A DNA stretch of 64,000 nucleotides from assembly GCA_049720475.1 (NCBI GenBank), contig JBNASH010000036.1, positions 1,339-65,338 on the forward strand, read 5' to 3'. A program made the translations under genes and the position numbers. The notes under the pieces were generated by a model that saw nothing but the letters and a program-made list of their open reading frames with translations, was not told the DNA's origin and made no database searches. This document shows, one piece after another, positions 47,712 through 58,616 of this stretch (position 1 is the first letter of the stretch; each line of letters starts with the position of its first letter). This DNA is from Minisyncoccia bacterium. GTDB taxonomy: Bacteria > Patescibacteriota > Minisyncoccia > UBA6257 > JAAZHW01.

Positions 47712-48266
47712 ATGTTTATAACATTTTTAATTTTGTTTGTTTTGGCGGTTTTTTTAGGAGAAGAGTTGATGCTTTTTGTTGGCGCTATGATTCATATTGA
47801 GTTTCTGCCGTTGTGGCGAACTTTTTTCATAATGCTATCGGCAGTCTATTTTGGCGACTTCCTATTTTTTTATTTAGGTTATCATTATGGCGACCAACTT
47901 ATTGAAAAATTAATTAATAAAAAACTAATTAAACGAACAAAAGTGGAAAAAATAAAAGGTATTTTTGAGCGAGGCGGCACGTGGATTTTATTTGTTTCGA
48001 AATTTGCCTATGGACTTAATCACCTAACTCAGTTAGTGGCTGGTGTAATGAAGTTTGATGTTAAAAAATATATAAAAAACCAACTTGTTGTTTCTTTGGC
48101 CTGGGTGGTTTTTTATTTATTCATTGGTTATACTTTTTCTGCTGTTTTGTCTGAAATCTTTTTTGATATTAGAGCATTAAGCGCGGCTTTGTTATTGGTT
48201 TTTGCCGCTATTTTTGCTTTGGGCTGGGTGATCGATAGAATTATTAGTAAAATTTTTCCCAAATAA
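47712..48266 (+). CDS. DedA/VTT-family membrane protein
   Basis: GD..FF.LG..YG, F...G...LF.SKF..G......AG. Confidence 0.85.
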   Translation: MFITFLILFVLAVFLGEELMLFVGAMIHIEFLPLWRTFFIMLSAVYFGDFLFFYLGYHYGDQLIEKLINKKLIKRTKVEKIKGIFERGGTWILFVSKFAYGLNHLTQLVAGVMKFDVKKYIKNQLVVSLAWVVFYLFIGYTFSAVLSEIFFDIRALSAALLLVFAAIFALGWVIDRIISKIFPK

Positions 48267-48332
48267 AAACAGCAATTGTCTAGATTTATTTTTTAATTTA
48301 TACTAATAAATAGTCGGCTAAAGCTAAATTCT

Positions 48333-49094
48333 ATGAAAAATTATCTTCAAAAAATAACAACAAACGGCAAGGCTATTTATTTGGCTTATGATCATGGTTT
48401 TGAGCATGGGCCGGAGGATTTGCCTGGTTCATCATTAGATCCGCAATACATTTTAGATATTGCCGTAGAGGGTGGCTATAATGCGGTCATTTTTCAAAAA
48501 GGCCTGGCGGAAAAATATTATACCGGAACCATTTACGAAAAAAAGATTCCTTTGATTTTGAAAATTAATGGGAAGGCGAATATTTGGAAAGGAGGCGATA
48601 TTTATTCTTATCAAAATTGTTCAGTGAAATACGCGAAAGAATTAGGAGCCAGTGCTGTCGGTTATACAATTTATTTAGGTTCAGAACATGACGGAAAAAT
48701 GTTTGCTGATTTTGGAAGAATTGTGGAAGAGGCGCATCAATTAAAAATGGCGGCGATTGCTTGGGTGTATCCACGAGGAGAATTTGTTAAAGATGAAACT
48801 TCCAAAGAAATTACTGCTTACGCTGCGCGGATTGGACTGGAATTGGGAGCGGATATGGTAAAAATTAAATATTCCGGCTCAAAAGAAAATTTTGAATGGG
48901 CGGTTAAGGCAGCAGGTAAAACCAAAGTTGTGTTGTCTGGCGGTCCAAAGGTAGCAGAGGAGGAATTTTTGAAAATCCTAAAAGAAGTAATGATGGCTGG
49001 TGCGGCTGGGGTAGCTGTTGGCAGAAATGTTTGGCTATCAGAAAAGCCGCTTGTTATAACCGAGAAGATCAAACAAATAGTTTTTAATAGCTAA
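48333..49094 (+). CDS. Class I fructose-bisphosphate aldolase (archaeal/DhnA type)
   Basis: LAYDHGFEHGP, AVGYTIYLGS, W.YPRG, ELGAD.VK..Y (Schiff-base Lys), SGG.K, VGRNVW. Confidence 0.92.
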   Translation: MKNYLQKITTNGKAIYLAYDHGFEHGPEDLPGSSLDPQYILDIAVEGGYNAVIFQKGLAEKYYTGTIYEKKIPLILKINGKANIWKGGDIYSYQNCSVKYAKELGASAVGYTIYLGSEHDGKMFADFGRIVEEAHQLKMAAIAWVYPRGEFVKDETSKEITAYAARIGLELGADMVKIKYSGSKENFEWAVKAAGKTKVVLSGGPKVAEEEFLKILKEVMMAGAAGVAVGRNVWLSEKPLVITEKIKQIVFNS

Positions 49095-49112
49095 TTATTC
49101 ACATTTTAAAAC

Positions 49113-49140
49113 TTGACTTTATTTAAAATTAGAATAAAAT
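49113..49140 (+). promoter_or_regulatory. Probable tuf promoter
   Basis: TTGACT, 16-nt spacer, TAAAAT. Confidence 0.45.
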
Positions 49141-49197
49141 TTTTATAAATCTTTAAAGGGTCATTTTATTAATCGTCGATTAAATTTAATTAAAAAA

Positions 49198-50397
49198 ATG
49201 GCAGAAAAAAAGAAATTTGAACGTAAAAAACCACACGTTAATGTGGGAACAATTGGTCATATTGATCACGGTAAAACCACTTTAACTGCTGCAATAATGC
49301 ACGTTTTAAATTTTAAGGGTTTAGTAGAAAAAGTGGAAGGTGTTGATCAAATTGATAATGCACCCGAAGAAAGAGCGAGGGGCATTACTATTGCGTTGCA
49401 TCATTCCGAATATGAGTCGGAAAAAAGACATTATGCTCATATTGATGCACCAGGTCATGCCGACTACATTAAAAACATGATTACTGGCGCCGCTCAAATG
49501 GATGGTGCCATCCTTGTTGTCTCAGCGGCTGATGGTCCAATGCCTCAAACTCGGGAGCATATTCTTTTGGCGCGCCAAGTAGGCGTTCCGGCAATTATTG
49601 TTTTCTTAAATAAAGTTGATCAAGTTAGTGATCCAGAATTAATTGATTTGGTTGAAAATGAAGTTCGCGAATTATTAACCAAATATCAATTCCCAGGTAA
49701 TGAAGTTCCGGTGATCCGTGGTTCCGCATTAGCAGCTTTAAATGCTAAATCAATTGATGATCCAGCTTGCAAACCAATTTTGGATTTGGTTGAAGCAATG
49801 GATAATTATATTCCTGATCCCGTCCGTGAAGTTGATAAACCATTTTTGATGCCTATTGAAGATGTGTTTTCAATTGAAGGACGTGGAACTGTTGTTACTG
49901 GTCGTGTTGAGCGAGGAGTTTTGAAATTAAATGAAGAAGTAGAAATAGTTGGTTTGAGACCGACTCAAAAAACTGTTGTGACTGGTATAGAAATGTTTAA
50001 TAAAACATTGGATGAGGCGCAAGCTGGTGATAATGTTGGTATTTTATTGCGCGGTCTTAAGAAAGAAGATGTTGAAAGAGGTCAGGTTGTTGCCAAACCA
50101 GGCAGTGTAACTCCTCATACTGAATTCGAGGCCGAGGTTTATATTTTAACCAAAGAAGAAGGTGGAAGACACACCCCATTCTTTACTGGCTATAAACCGC
50201 AATTTTATATTCGTACTACCGATGTAACAGGTGAAGTTACTCTTCCTCAAGGAATTGAAATGGTAATGCCAGGTGATAATGTCAATCTCACTATTAAATT
50301 AATTGCGCCAGTCGCATTGGAAGAGAAACAAAGATTTGCTATTCGTGAAGGTGGTAAAACTGTCGGTGCTGGTGTGGTAACAAAAATTATTAAATAA
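49198..50397 (+). CDS. tuf: Elongation factor Tu
   Basis: [46 protein letters not shown]. Confidence 0.99.
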   Translation: MAEKKKFERKKPHVNVGTIGHIDHGKTTLTAAIMHVLNFKGLVEKVEGVDQIDNAPEERARGITIALHHSEYESEKRHYAHIDAPGHADYIKNMITGAAQMDGAILVVSAADGPMPQTREHILLARQVGVPAIIVFLNKVDQVSDPELIDLVENEVRELLTKYQFPGNEVPVIRGSALAALNAKSIDDPACKPILDLVEAMDNYIPDPVREVDKPFLMPIEDVFSIEGRGTVVTGRVERGVLKLNEEVEIVGLRPTQKTVVTGIEMFNKTLDEAQAGDNVGILLRGLKKEDVERGQVVAKPGSVTPHTEFEAEVYILTKEEGGRHTPFFTGYKPQFYIRTTDVTGEVTLPQGIEMVMPGDNVNLTIKLIAPVALEEKQRFAIREGGKTVGAGVVTKIIK

Positions 50398-50426
50398 TAA
50401 AATATATTTAGCTCTTTCCAACAACA

Positions 50427-50750
50427 ATGACCAAAAAAGATGAATTGCAACAAAAAATAAGAATTAAATTGAAGGCTTATGACCATAAAGTATTAGATAA
50501 TTCTTGTAAGCAAATAGTTGAAACTGCAAGCCGTTATGTTAAAGATATTATTGGTCCAATACCATTACCAACCGAAATCCGACGATATACCATTAACCGT
50601 TCAACCTTTATTGATAAAAATTCGCGTGAACAATTTGAAATTCGCATTCATAAAAGAATCCTTGACATATTAAATCCGAACCAAAAATTGATTGACGCTC
50701 TGATGAATCTTAATTTACCGGCAGGAGTAGACATTGAGATAAAGATGTAG
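50427..50750 (+). CDS. rpsJ: 30S ribosomal protein S10
   Basis: [27 protein letters not shown]. Confidence 0.97.
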   Translation: MTKKDELQQKIRIKLKAYDHKVLDNSCKQIVETASRYVKDIIGPIPLPTEIRRYTINRSTFIDKNSREQFEIRIHKRILDILNPNQKLIDALMNLNLPAGVDIEIKM

Positions 50751-50758
50751 GTTGTAAA

Positions 50759-50823
50759 AAATAAATGCCGGGCGTCTCTTCTCAAAACTATGTTTATCAG
50801 AGGAGAATACCCGGCATTTATTT
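50759..50823 (+). promoter_or_regulatory. Long hairpin between rpsJ and rplC
   Basis: 14-bp perfect outer stem plus 8-bp inner stem (tctcttct/agaggaga). Confidence 0.55.
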
Positions 50824-50871
50824 ATCACAAATATTGATAAATTTATTAAAATATATAAAATAACGAAAAAT

Positions 50872-51480
50872 ATGAAGAAATTTATTCTTGCTCAAAAAAT
50901 AGGAATGACAGAAATTTTTCAGAATGACAAGATGATTCCAGTGACTGTTTTAGAAGCAGGTCCTGTTGTTGTTACTCAAATAAAAACTAAAGAGAAAGAT
51001 GGCTATTGTGCGGTTCAGGTTGGTTTTGGAAAAAAGAAAAAAATTTCGAAAGCATTAAAAGGACATTTGAAGGATTTGGGCAATTTTAAATGGTTGAAGG
51101 AATTTAGAGTAGATGAGTCAGAAATAAATAATTATAAAGTAGGCGATAAAATCGATCTTTCTATTTTTCAAGAAGGAGAGAAAATAAAAATTTCTGGAAC
51201 GAGTAAAAGCAAAGGATTTCAAGGTGTAGTAAAAAGACATGGTTTTCATGGCGGTCCTAAAACGCATGGTCAAAAAAATCGTTTGCGAGCACCCGGTTCA
51301 ATTGGTGCAACTCATCCCCAGCATGTTCCTAAAGGAAGAAAAATGGCCGGGCGAATGGGTGGTGAAAGGATAACTTTAAAAAATGTAAAAATTGCAAAAA
51401 TAATCAATGATAAAAATATAATTTGTGTAAAAGGGGCGGTTCCAGGGAAAAAAGGAGATCTAGTCGAAATATCAGCTTAA
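50872..51480 (+). CDS. rplC: 50S ribosomal protein L3
   Basis: KIGMT, PVTV, KGFQGVVKRHGF, R.PGSIG, MAGRMG. Confidence 0.97.
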   Translation: MKKFILAQKIGMTEIFQNDKMIPVTVLEAGPVVVTQIKTKEKDGYCAVQVGFGKKKKISKALKGHLKDLGNFKWLKEFRVDESEINNYKVGDKIDLSIFQEGEKIKISGTSKSKGFQGVVKRHGFHGGPKTHGQKNRLRAPGSIGATHPQHVPKGRKMAGRMGGERITLKNVKIAKIINDKNIICVKGAVPGKKGDLVEISA

Positions 51481-51485
51481 TTATT

Positions 51486-52124
51486 ATGAAAGTTGATTTA
51501 TACAATCAAAATGGAAAAGTGATTGATCAGATTGATTTGCCTGATAACATTTTTGGTTATAAATGGAATCCGATTTTGGTCCATCAAGTTTTTGTTGCTT
51601 TGCAAAGTAATCAACGAAAGCCGATTGCGCATGCTAAAGATAGAGGAGAGGTTTCTGGTGGTGGTAGAAAACCTTGGCGTCAGAAAGGAACTGGTCGTGC
51701 TCGACATGGCTCTATTCGTTCTCCTTTGTGGATCGGCGGTGGCGTTACTTTCGGACCAACTAAAGAAAAAAATTATTCAAAAAAGATAAATAAAAAAGCT
51801 AAATTAAATGCTCTGCTATCAGCTTTATCTAAAAAATTAGCTGATCAAGAAATCAAAGTCATTGATAAAATTGAAATTGAACAAGCAAAAACCAAGGAAA
51901 TGGCAAAAATTTTGAAAAACTTTTTAAATAATAAAAAGAAAAACCAAGGACTATTAATTTTGCCAACAAATGATAAAAATATTATTAAAGCAACTCGTAA
52001 TTTACCATTTGCTCAAGTTACAACAGTTAATAATCTTAATTTAATAGATGTTTTAACTTATAAAAACCTTCTTTTTATAAAAGATGCTGTCGAAAAATTA
52101 AAAGATAGAGTTTTAAATAAATAA
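51486..52124 (+). CDS. rplD: 50S ribosomal protein L4
   Basis: EVSGGGRKPWRQKGTGRARHGSIRSP. Start placed at ATG 51486. Confidence 0.97.
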   Translation: MKVDLYNQNGKVIDQIDLPDNIFGYKWNPILVHQVFVALQSNQRKPIAHAKDRGEVSGGGRKPWRQKGTGRARHGSIRSPLWIGGGVTFGPTKEKNYSKKINKKAKLNALLSALSKKLADQEIKVIDKIEIEQAKTKEMAKILKNFLNNKKKNQGLLILPTNDKNIIKATRNLPFAQVTTVNNLNLIDVLTYKNLLFIKDAVEKLKDRVLNK

Positions 52125-52125
52125 T

Positions 52126-52521
52126 ATGGCGCTTTTTTCAAGAAAAAAAACAGATAAGAAAGAAGAGAAAGAAAAAGTAGAAAAAGAAGTAAAACAGGAA
52201 GTTAAGCAGAAAGAAGATAAAAAACTCAATCTGGTTAATGAGAATATTTTGTTAATAAAAAAGCCGCGAGTGACTGAAAAAAGCCAATTAGTAAAAAAAT
52301 ATAGACAATATGTTTTTGATGTAGATAAAAATGCAAATAAAACAGAAGTTAAAAAAGCTATAGAAACCATTTACAATGTTAAAGTCGAAAAGGTTAGAAT
52401 AGTAAATATTCCTTTCAAAAAAAGACGCTTAGGCGTGACTCAAGGAAAAAAGTCGGGATATAAAAAAGCCATTGTGACATTAAAAGAAGGGTACCAAATC
52501 GAAATAATTCCTCAGAAATAA
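52126..52521 (+). CDS. rplW: 50S ribosomal protein L23 (charged N-terminal extension)
   Basis: P.VTEKS, YVF.V...ANK..VK.A, KKAIVTL. Confidence 0.95.
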   Translation: MALFSRKKTDKKEEKEKVEKEVKQEVKQKEDKKLNLVNENILLIKKPRVTEKSQLVKKYRQYVFDVDKNANKTEVKKAIETIYNVKVEKVRIVNIPFKKRRLGVTQGKKSGYKKAIVTLKEGYQIEIIPQK

Positions 52522-52524
52522 AAT

Positions 52525-53349
52525 ATGAAGAAATTAAAACCAACAACTCCATCACGACGGCAAATGACTCTTATTGAATATAAGAAGATTTTGACAACGG
52601 ATGAGCCTAAAAAGCAGTTAACAAAACCTCTTAAGAAAAAAGCAGGACGAAATTCTAGTGGCAGAATTACTGTTCGTCATCAAGGTGGAGGCAATAAAAA
52701 ATTATATCGTTTAGTTGACTTTAAACAGGATAAATTTAATATTATTGGTACTGTTAAGACAATAGAGTATGATCCCAATCGTAATACTTTTATTGGATTG
52801 GTTGCTTATGCGGATGGTGAATATCGATATGTTTTATTACCGGAAGGAGTAGAAGTTGGTCAACAAATTATTAGCGCTGAGGATGCACCGATTAAATTGG
52901 GTAATCGATTACCTTTAAAAAACATTCCAGTTGGTACGAGTGTTTTCAATATTGAATTAATGCCTGGCAGCGGTGGTAAATTAGCGCGGAGCGCTGGTTC
53001 AGCCGCTGAAGTGATGGGTCTTGAAGGTAAATATTGTATTTTAAAGATGCCATCTGGAGAAATAAGGAAAGTTTTGGCAAATTGTTATGCGACAATCGGC
53101 GTTCCTTCAAATATAGAATACCGAAATATAAATATCGGCAAGGCCGGAAGAAATCGATGGCTAGGTATTAGACCAACAGTGCGAGGTTCGGCTATGAATC
53201 CTTGCGATCATCCTTATGGTGGTGGTGAAGGTCGTCAACCTCGAGGTACACGCAGACCGAAAACTGCTTGGGGTAAAGTTACTGGTGGTCATAAGACTAG
53301 AAAGAAGAGAAAGTGGTCGAATTCGCTAATTATTAAACGTAGAAAATAA
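52525..53349 (+). CDS. rplB: 50S ribosomal protein L2
   Basis: GRN..GRITVRH.GGG, EYDPNR, RGSAMNP.DHP.GGGEG. Confidence 0.98.
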   Translation: MKKLKPTTPSRRQMTLIEYKKILTTDEPKKQLTKPLKKKAGRNSSGRITVRHQGGGNKKLYRLVDFKQDKFNIIGTVKTIEYDPNRNTFIGLVAYADGEYRYVLLPEGVEVGQQIISAEDAPIKLGNRLPLKNIPVGTSVFNIELMPGSGGKLARSAGSAAEVMGLEGKYCILKMPSGEIRKVLANCYATIGVPSNIEYRNINIGKAGRNRWLGIRPTVRGSAMNPCDHPYGGGEGRQPRGTRRPKTAWGKVTGGHKTRKKRKWSNSLIIKRRK

Positions 53350-53351
53350 AT

Positions 53352-53654
53352 ATGAGCAGAAGTCTCAAAAAAGGTCCATATATTGATCCAAAGTTGCTAA
53401 AGAAAATTGCTAAAATTAAACCTGATTCTGGTCAGGTTATTAAGACATGGGCACGCGATTCAATGATTTCACCAGAGATGATAGGTTATACATTTGCAGT
53501 ACATAATGGGAAAGATTTTATTGAGGTTAAAGTTACTGAAGAAATGGTCGGCCATCGCCTCGGTGAATTTGCGCCCACGCGAAAATTCATTAAACATGGC
53601 GGTAAAATGCAGCGAGAGTTAGAGAAAAAAGCAGCCGCAAATGCTAATCAATAA
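53352..53654 (+). CDS. rpsS: 30S ribosomal protein S19
   Basis: [28 protein letters not shown]. Confidence 0.97.
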   Translation: MSRSLKKGPYIDPKLLKKIAKIKPDSGQVIKTWARDSMISPEMIGYTFAVHNGKDFIEVKVTEEMVGHRLGEFAPTRKFIKHGGKMQRELEKKAAANANQ

Positions 53655-53668
53655 AAATAATAAAAAAT

Positions 53669-54184
53669 ATGGAAGAAAATAAGATAGCAACAGCAAAATT
53701 AAAATATTTACACATGGCACCGCGAAAGGTGAAATTTGTTGCTGATTTAATTAAAGGCAAACATATTACTGAAGCCGAAGCGCAATTGTTATATTGTCGC
53801 CGCCGAGCAGCCAAACCAATTTTAAAACTTTTACACTCAGCAATTAACAATGCTTTAAATAAAAAATTAAACAAAGATCTTCTTTATATTGAATCTATTC
53901 GAGTGGATCAAGGTCCGATGCTTAAAAGATGGTTGCCTCGAGCAATGGGAAGAGCAACGCCTATTCAAAAGAAAATGTCACATGTTACATTATGTTTAGC
54001 CGAAGGAAAACAATTTAAACGCTATGCAGTGCCTAAGGCGAAAATTACTAAATCCGAAAAGACAATCAGTAAAGAAAAAACCGAGAAGAAACAAGAATAT
54101 AAGAAAAAAGAACAAAAGGTCGTTGAAACAAAACCTAAAGAAGGAGCAGTTAAAAAATTCTTTAGAAGAAAAGAAATAGCATAA
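53669..54184 (+). CDS. rplV: 50S ribosomal protein L22 (Lys-rich C-terminal extension)
   Basis: PRKV..VAD.I.G, SA..NA, GP.LKR..PRA.GRA. Confidence 0.96.
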   Translation: MEENKIATAKLKYLHMAPRKVKFVADLIKGKHITEAEAQLLYCRRRAAKPILKLLHSAINNALNKKLNKDLLYIESIRVDQGPMLKRWLPRAMGRATPIQKKMSHVTLCLAEGKQFKRYAVPKAKITKSEKTISKEKTEKKQEYKKKEQKVVETKPKEGAVKKFFRRKEIA

Positions 54185-54185
54185 T

Positions 54186-54905
54186 ATGGGACATAAAATT
54201 CATCCAAAATCTTTTAGATTGGGAATCATTAAAGATTGGAGCGCGAAGTGGTTGGTTTCAAAAAAGGAACTTCCAATTATTTTAGAGGAAGATGTTAAAA
54301 TTAGAGAGTATTTAAATAAAAAGTTAAAAAATACTTATATTGCTGAAATTGTTATTGAAAGATTGGAGAACAATATTAATATCACAATAAAAACAGCGCG
54401 TCCAGGTTTGATAATCGGCCGCGGTGGTAAAGGAGTTGAGGATTTAAAGAAGGAATTAGAAAAAATTATTAACAAACATCGCAAAGAAAAGAAATATAAT
54501 CTAAACCACAATCTTTCTATCAATATAGAGGAAGTTAAGAATCCAACTGCGAATGCAGCAATTGTTGCTCAAGGTATTGCTAGTGCCATTGAAAAAAGAA
54601 TGCCTTATCGTCGGGTGATGAAAAAGGCGATTGAGGAGGCAAAGCAAAATAAAGAAGTAAAAGGAATTAAAATTAAAGTATCCGGTCGATTAAATGGAGC
54701 AGAAATTGCTCGAACAGAATGGTTGGATTGGGGATGTATGCCACTTCAAACACTTCGTGCCGATATTGATTATGGTGAAGCAACTGCATTTTGTACTTAT
54801 GGAACAATTGGTGTTAAAGTTTGGATATACAAAGGAGAAGTTTTTCTAAAAGAAAAAAAGAAAGAAAAAAGCAACGAAGTCGCAATTAAAACCGAAAACA
54901 AATAA
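54186..54905 (+). CDS. rpsC: 30S ribosomal protein S3
   Basis: [37 protein letters not shown]. Confidence 0.97.
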   Translation: MGHKIHPKSFRLGIIKDWSAKWLVSKKELPIILEEDVKIREYLNKKLKNTYIAEIVIERLENNINITIKTARPGLIIGRGGKGVEDLKKELEKIINKHRKEKKYNLNHNLSINIEEVKNPTANAAIVAQGIASAIEKRMPYRRVMKKAIEEAKQNKEVKGIKIKVSGRLNGAEIARTEWLDWGCMPLQTLRADIDYGEATAFCTYGTIGVKVWIYKGEVFLKEKKKEKSNEVAIKTENK

Positions 54906-54910
54906 AGCAT

Positions 54911-55324
54911 ATGTTGATGCCCAAAAAAATGAAACATCGAAAAGCACAGAAAGGCAGATCTCGAAATAGAAATCTTGATACGCGAGGCACTTTTTTAGTT
55001 TTTGGTTCTTATGGGCTTCAAGCATTAGAAAGCGCCTGGTTAACATCGAGACAGATTGAAGCGGGAAGAAAAGCAATTTCTGGATATTTAAAGAAAGGCG
55101 GTAAAATCTGGTTAAGAGTTTTTCCAGATAAACCGATTACTAAACGACCACCTGAAGTAACAATGGGTGGCGGAAAAGGAGATTTAGATCATTTTGCTTT
55201 TCCATTAAAACCTGGTCGAATTATTTATGAAATTGATGGCGTTAGTGAAGAGATTGCCACTGAAGCTTTAAGAAGAGCTGCTTCGAAAATGCCGGTTAAA
55301 ACAAAAATAGTTAAGAAAATTTAG
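54911..55324 (+). CDS. rplP: 50S ribosomal protein L16
   Basis: MLMPKK.K.RK, RQIEA.R, FPDKP.T..P....MG.GKG. Confidence 0.97.
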   Translation: MLMPKKMKHRKAQKGRSRNRNLDTRGTFLVFGSYGLQALESAWLTSRQIEAGRKAISGYLKKGGKIWLRVFPDKPITKRPPEVTMGGGKGDLDHFAFPLKPGRIIYEIDGVSEEIATEALRRAASKMPVKTKIVKKI

Positions 55325-55330
55325 TAAAAT

Positions 55331-55543
55331 ATGAAATTCGAAGAGTTAAAAAAATTACCAAAGTCAGAGTTGCATAAACTTTTGGCAGAGAGTCGAAATA
55401 AATTAAAAGACTTGCGTTTTAATTTGTCTTTCGGTAAAGTAAAAGATATTAGTGAGATTAAAAAAACAAAAAAATTAATTGCTCAAATTTTAACGGTTTT
55501 AAATTTATCTAATAATTATGACAGAGAAAAAACAAACAATTAA
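55331..55543 (+). CDS. rpmC: 50S ribosomal protein L29
   Basis: EL..L...EL, LRF, K..IA.ILT; operon position. Confidence 0.92.
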   Translation: MKFEELKKLPKSELHKLLAESRNKLKDLRFNLSFGKVKDISEIKKTKKLIAQILTVLNLSNNYDREKTNN

Positions 55544-55853
55544 AAGAAGATTGGAAGGAATAGTAGTTTCTGATAAGATGAGTAAAACGGTTGTTGTAGA
55601 AGTAGAACGATTTAAACGACATCCGCTTTATCATAAAATCATGAGAATTTCTAAGCGTTTTAAAGCTCATGATGAAAAGAATGAATGTAAAGTAGGTGAC
55701 CGAGTTTTAATTGAACAAACCCGACCTTTATCTAAAGAGAAGAGGTGGAAAGTTATTAAAATTATTCATCGCAAAGAAGAAAATAATGGAATTGAAAATG
55801 AGAATCTTGATCAAGAGAAAGATGAGTCGATTTTAAATAATTCAGAGCAATAA
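55518..55853 (+). CDS. rpsQ: 30S ribosomal protein S17 (acidic C-terminal tail)
   Basis: G.VVSDKM.KTVVV, HPLY.K, AHDE, RPLSK.KRW. Confidence 0.96.
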   Translation: MTEKKQTIKRRLEGIVVSDKMSKTVVVEVERFKRHPLYHKIMRISKRFKAHDEKNECKVGDRVLIEQTRPLSKEKRWKVIKIIHRKEENNGIENENLDQEKDESILNNSEQ

Positions 55854-55854
55854 T

Positions 55855-56223
55855 ATGATTCAACCCAGAACAATGTTAAAAGTAGCAGATAATAGTGGCG
55901 CCAAAATAGTTCAGTGTTTTAAAGTTTTGGGGGGATCAAGAAGAAGATATGCAGAAATCGGTGATATTATCATTGCTTCTGTTAAGGTAGCCCAACCAAG
56001 AAAAAGTGTTGCCAAAAAGGATGTGGTTCGCTGTTTGATTATCAGACAACGAAAGCCTTATCGTCGAGAAGATGGTTCTTATATTCGTTTTGATGACAAT
56101 GCGGTTGTTTTGCTGGATAATAAGAATCAACCAAGAGGAACTAGAATTTTCGGTCCTATTCCAAGAGAAATAAAACAAAAAGGATTTGAAGAAGTCGCTT
56201 CTTTAGCTATTGAAATTTTATAA
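55855..56223 (+). CDS. rplN: 50S ribosomal protein L14
   Basis: MIQ....[24 protein letters not shown]. Confidence 0.98.
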   Translation: MIQPRTMLKVADNSGAKIVQCFKVLGGSRRRYAEIGDIIIASVKVAQPRKSVAKKDVVRCLIIRQRKPYRREDGSYIRFDDNAVVLLDNKNQPRGTRIFGPIPREIKQKGFEEVASLAIEIL

Positions 56224-56224
56224 T

Positions 56225-56557
56225 ATGGAAGAGAAGAAAGTGAAAAAAAGTTTAAAATTTAAAAAAGGAGACGAAGTAATTATGTTAACTGGAAAAGATA
56301 GAGGGAAGAGAGGAAAAATAATTAAGGTTTTACCTGATAAGAATAAAGTGGTGGTTGAGGGTTTAAATTTAATTAAAAAACATCTTCGTCCAAAAAGACA
56401 GGGTGAGAAGGGTGAAATTATTAATTTGCCACGCCCAGTTGATGCTTCCAATGTCGCTTTGTGGTGTTCAACTTGCGGAAAGGGCGTGAGAGCAGGCTAT
56501 CGTTTTGAGGGCGATAAAAAAATAAGAATTTGTAAAAAATGTCAGCAATTAATCTAA
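56225..56557 (+). CDS. rplX: 50S ribosomal protein L24
   Basis: KKGD.V....GKDRGK.G, VVEG.N..KKH, SNV. Start placed at ATG 56225. Confidence 0.96.
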   Translation: MEEKKVKKSLKFKKGDEVIMLTGKDRGKRGKIIKVLPDKNKVVVEGLNLIKKHLRPKRQGEKGEIINLPRPVDASNVALWCSTCGKGVRAGYRFEGDKKIRICKKCQQLI

Positions 56558-57102
56558 AAGAAAAATACAAAAAAGAAATTGCACCGAAACTTCAAAAAGA
56601 ATTTGAGTTGAAGAATATTTTTATGGTGCCTTCGATTAAAAAGGTAGTAGTTAATGCCGGAATTGGAAGATTAATTACCAATGCCGGTGGAATTAAAAAC
56701 GCAGAGGAACTTATTAAAAATATTAAACAAGATATTAGTTTAATAACTGGTCAATGGCCAACTGAAACAAAAGCAAAGAAATCTATTTCTTCTTTTAAAA
56801 TTCGAGAAGGACAAACCGTTGGTTTAAAGGTAACATTAAGAGGCCAAAAGATGTATGATTTTATAGCAAGATTAGTTAATATAGCCTTGCCGCGCATAAG
56901 AGATTTTAAAGGTATTCCAGAGAAAAATTTAGATCAATATGGTAATTTAAATATTGGAATTCCAGAAGCAACCATTTTTCCAGAGGTTACTAATAGTGTT
57001 TTAAAACATCCTTTTGGTTTAGAAATTACCGTTGTTACTAATGATAAACATCGCGAAAGAGTCGTTCAATTATTAAAATATTTAGGTTTTCCTTTAAAAT
57101 AG
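56539..57102 (+). CDS. rplE: 50S ribosomal protein L5
   Basis: KVVVN.G.G, ITGQ.P...AKKSI..FK.R.G, KVTLRG, LPRIRDF.G. Confidence 0.97.
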   Translation: MSAINLKEKYKKEIAPKLQKEFELKNIFMVPSIKKVVVNAGIGRLITNAGGIKNAEELIKNIKQDISLITGQWPTETKAKKSISSFKIREGQTVGLKVTLRGQKMYDFIARLVNIALPRIRDFKGIPEKNLDQYGNLNIGIPEATIFPEVTNSVLKHPFGLEITVVTNDKHRERVVQLLKYLGFPLK

Positions 57103-57103
57103 T

Positions 57104-57289
57104 ATGGCAAAAACTTCTGTAATTGCTCGCGCAAAAAAAACACCAAAATTTTCTACAAGAATTGTAAGACGTTGTTTTCGTTGTGGTCGTAAAAGAGGTT
57201 ATATGAGAGATTTTGGTTTGTGCCGAATTTGTTTTAGAGAGTTAGTGCGAAAGGGCGAGATACCTGGTATTCGGAAAGCGTCGTGGTAA
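57104..57289 (+). CDS. rpsN: 30S ribosomal protein S14 (zinc-binding, type Z)
   Basis: RC..CGR......[15 protein letters not shown]. Confidence 0.96.
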   Translation: MAKTSVIARAKKTPKFSTRIVRRCFRCGRKRGYMRDFGLCRICFRELVRKGEIPGIRKASW

Positions 57290-57301
57290 ATAACAAATTT
57301 T

Positions 57302-57691
57302 ATGGATACAATAGCTGATTTTCTTACTCAAATTAAAAATGCAATCGCGGTTAAAAAACCGTCTGTTACAGCACGTTTTTCTAAAATGAATTATGAAATT
57401 GCCCAGATTTTATTGAAAGAGGGATGGATTAATGATGTAAAAATAGTTGGTAAATCCCCCAAAAAGAATATTAGGATTGATTTAAAATATGATGAGAATG
57501 GAGTGTCGGCCATTCAAGAAATAAAAAGAATTAGCAAACCAGGTTGTCGTCGTTATATAAAAGCAAACCAATTAAAACCTGTTAAATCCGGTTATGGTCG
57601 CTATATTATTTCAACCCCTCGTGGTTTAATGACAAACGTTGAAGCAAAAAAGCACAATTTAGGAGGGGAAATAATTTGTGAGATATTCTAA
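57302..57691 (+). CDS. rpsH: 30S ribosomal protein S8
   Basis: D.IAD.LT.I.NA, RISKPG.R.Y, ST..G.MT, GGE. Confidence 0.97.
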   Translation: MDTIADFLTQIKNAIAVKKPSVTARFSKMNYEIAQILLKEGWINDVKIVGKSPKKNIRIDLKYDENGVSAIQEIKRISKPGCRRYIKANQLKPVKSGYGRYIISTPRGLMTNVEAKKHNLGGEIICEIF

Positions 57692-57698
57692 TCAAAAT

Positions 57699-58247
57699 AT
57701 GTCTAAAATAGGAAAAAAACCAATTGAAATACCCGATAATGTCCAGATTGATATAAAAGATCAAGCAGTTGTTGTTAAAGGTCCAAAAGGAGAATTACAA
57801 GTGCCTATTTTTCAGGGATTTGAAATTAAATTAGAAGAGAAGAATTTGTATGTTATTCCTCCTGAAGACAATAAAAAACGTACGCCAGCTTTTTGGGGAA
57901 CGCTGAGAGCTTTAATAGCTAATGCTGTAAAGGGTGTAATTGAAGGATATGAAAAGAAATTAGAAATTGAAGGAATAGGCTATCGTGCTAATGTTGAGGG
58001 AAGGGTTTTGGTTTTAAATCTTGGTTTTTCTCATCCAATTCGTTATGAAATTCCCGAAGGCATTCAAATTACCACGGATAAAAATATTATTACAGTTTCC
58101 GGTATTGATAAACAATTAGTGGGTCAAGTTGCTGCTAAAATTAGATCATTTAGAAAACCCGAGCCTTATAAAGGCAAGGGAATTCATTATGTTGGTGAAT
58201 ATATTCGTCGAAAAGCCGGTAAGAAAGCTACCGGAGCGGCAGCTTAA
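57699..58247 (+). CDS. rplF: 50S ribosomal protein L6
   Basis: MSKIGKKPI, KGPKGEL, LGFSHP, PEPYKGKGI. Start placed at ATG 57699. Confidence 0.97.
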   Translation: MSKIGKKPIEIPDNVQIDIKDQAVVVKGPKGELQVPIFQGFEIKLEEKNLYVIPPEDNKKRTPAFWGTLRALIANAVKGVIEGYEKKLEIEGIGYRANVEGRVLVLNLGFSHPIRYEIPEGIQITTDKNIITVSGIDKQLVGQVAAKIRSFRKPEPYKGKGIHYVGEYIRRKAGKKATGAAA

Positions 58248-58256
58248 TAAATAACT

Positions 58257-58616
58257 ATGAAAAGAAAAATTAGTAAAAAAGACAAAAGAATAAGAAGACA
58301 TAAAAAAATTCGAGCAAAAATTTTCGGCGTTGCTAATAAACCACGCGTCTCTGTTTTTATTTCTAACAAACATTTATATGCCCAGGTTATTGATGACAAC
58401 AAAGGAAAAACATTAATTAGTGTTTCTGATTTTGAATTGAAAACAGATAAAAAAGAGACTAAAATGACAATAGCTAAAAAAATTGGTTTACTTTTGGCAG
58501 AAAAGTTGAAAAAGTTAAAAATTTATAAAATTGTTTTTGATCGAGGAGGATTTAAATATCATGGTCGAGTAAAAAACATTGCCGAAGGTTTAAGAGAAGG
58601 AGGAATTAAATTCTAA
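58257..58616 (+). CDS. rplR: 50S ribosomal protein L18
   Basis: RRH..IR, PR.SV..SNKH.YAQ.IDD, FDRGG..YHGRV. Confidence 0.97.
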   Translation: MKRKISKKDKRIRRHKKIRAKIFGVANKPRVSVFISNKHLYAQVIDDNKGKTLISVSDFELKTDKKETKMTIAKKIGLLLAEKLKKLKIYKIVFDRGGFKYHGRVKNIAEGLREGGIKF

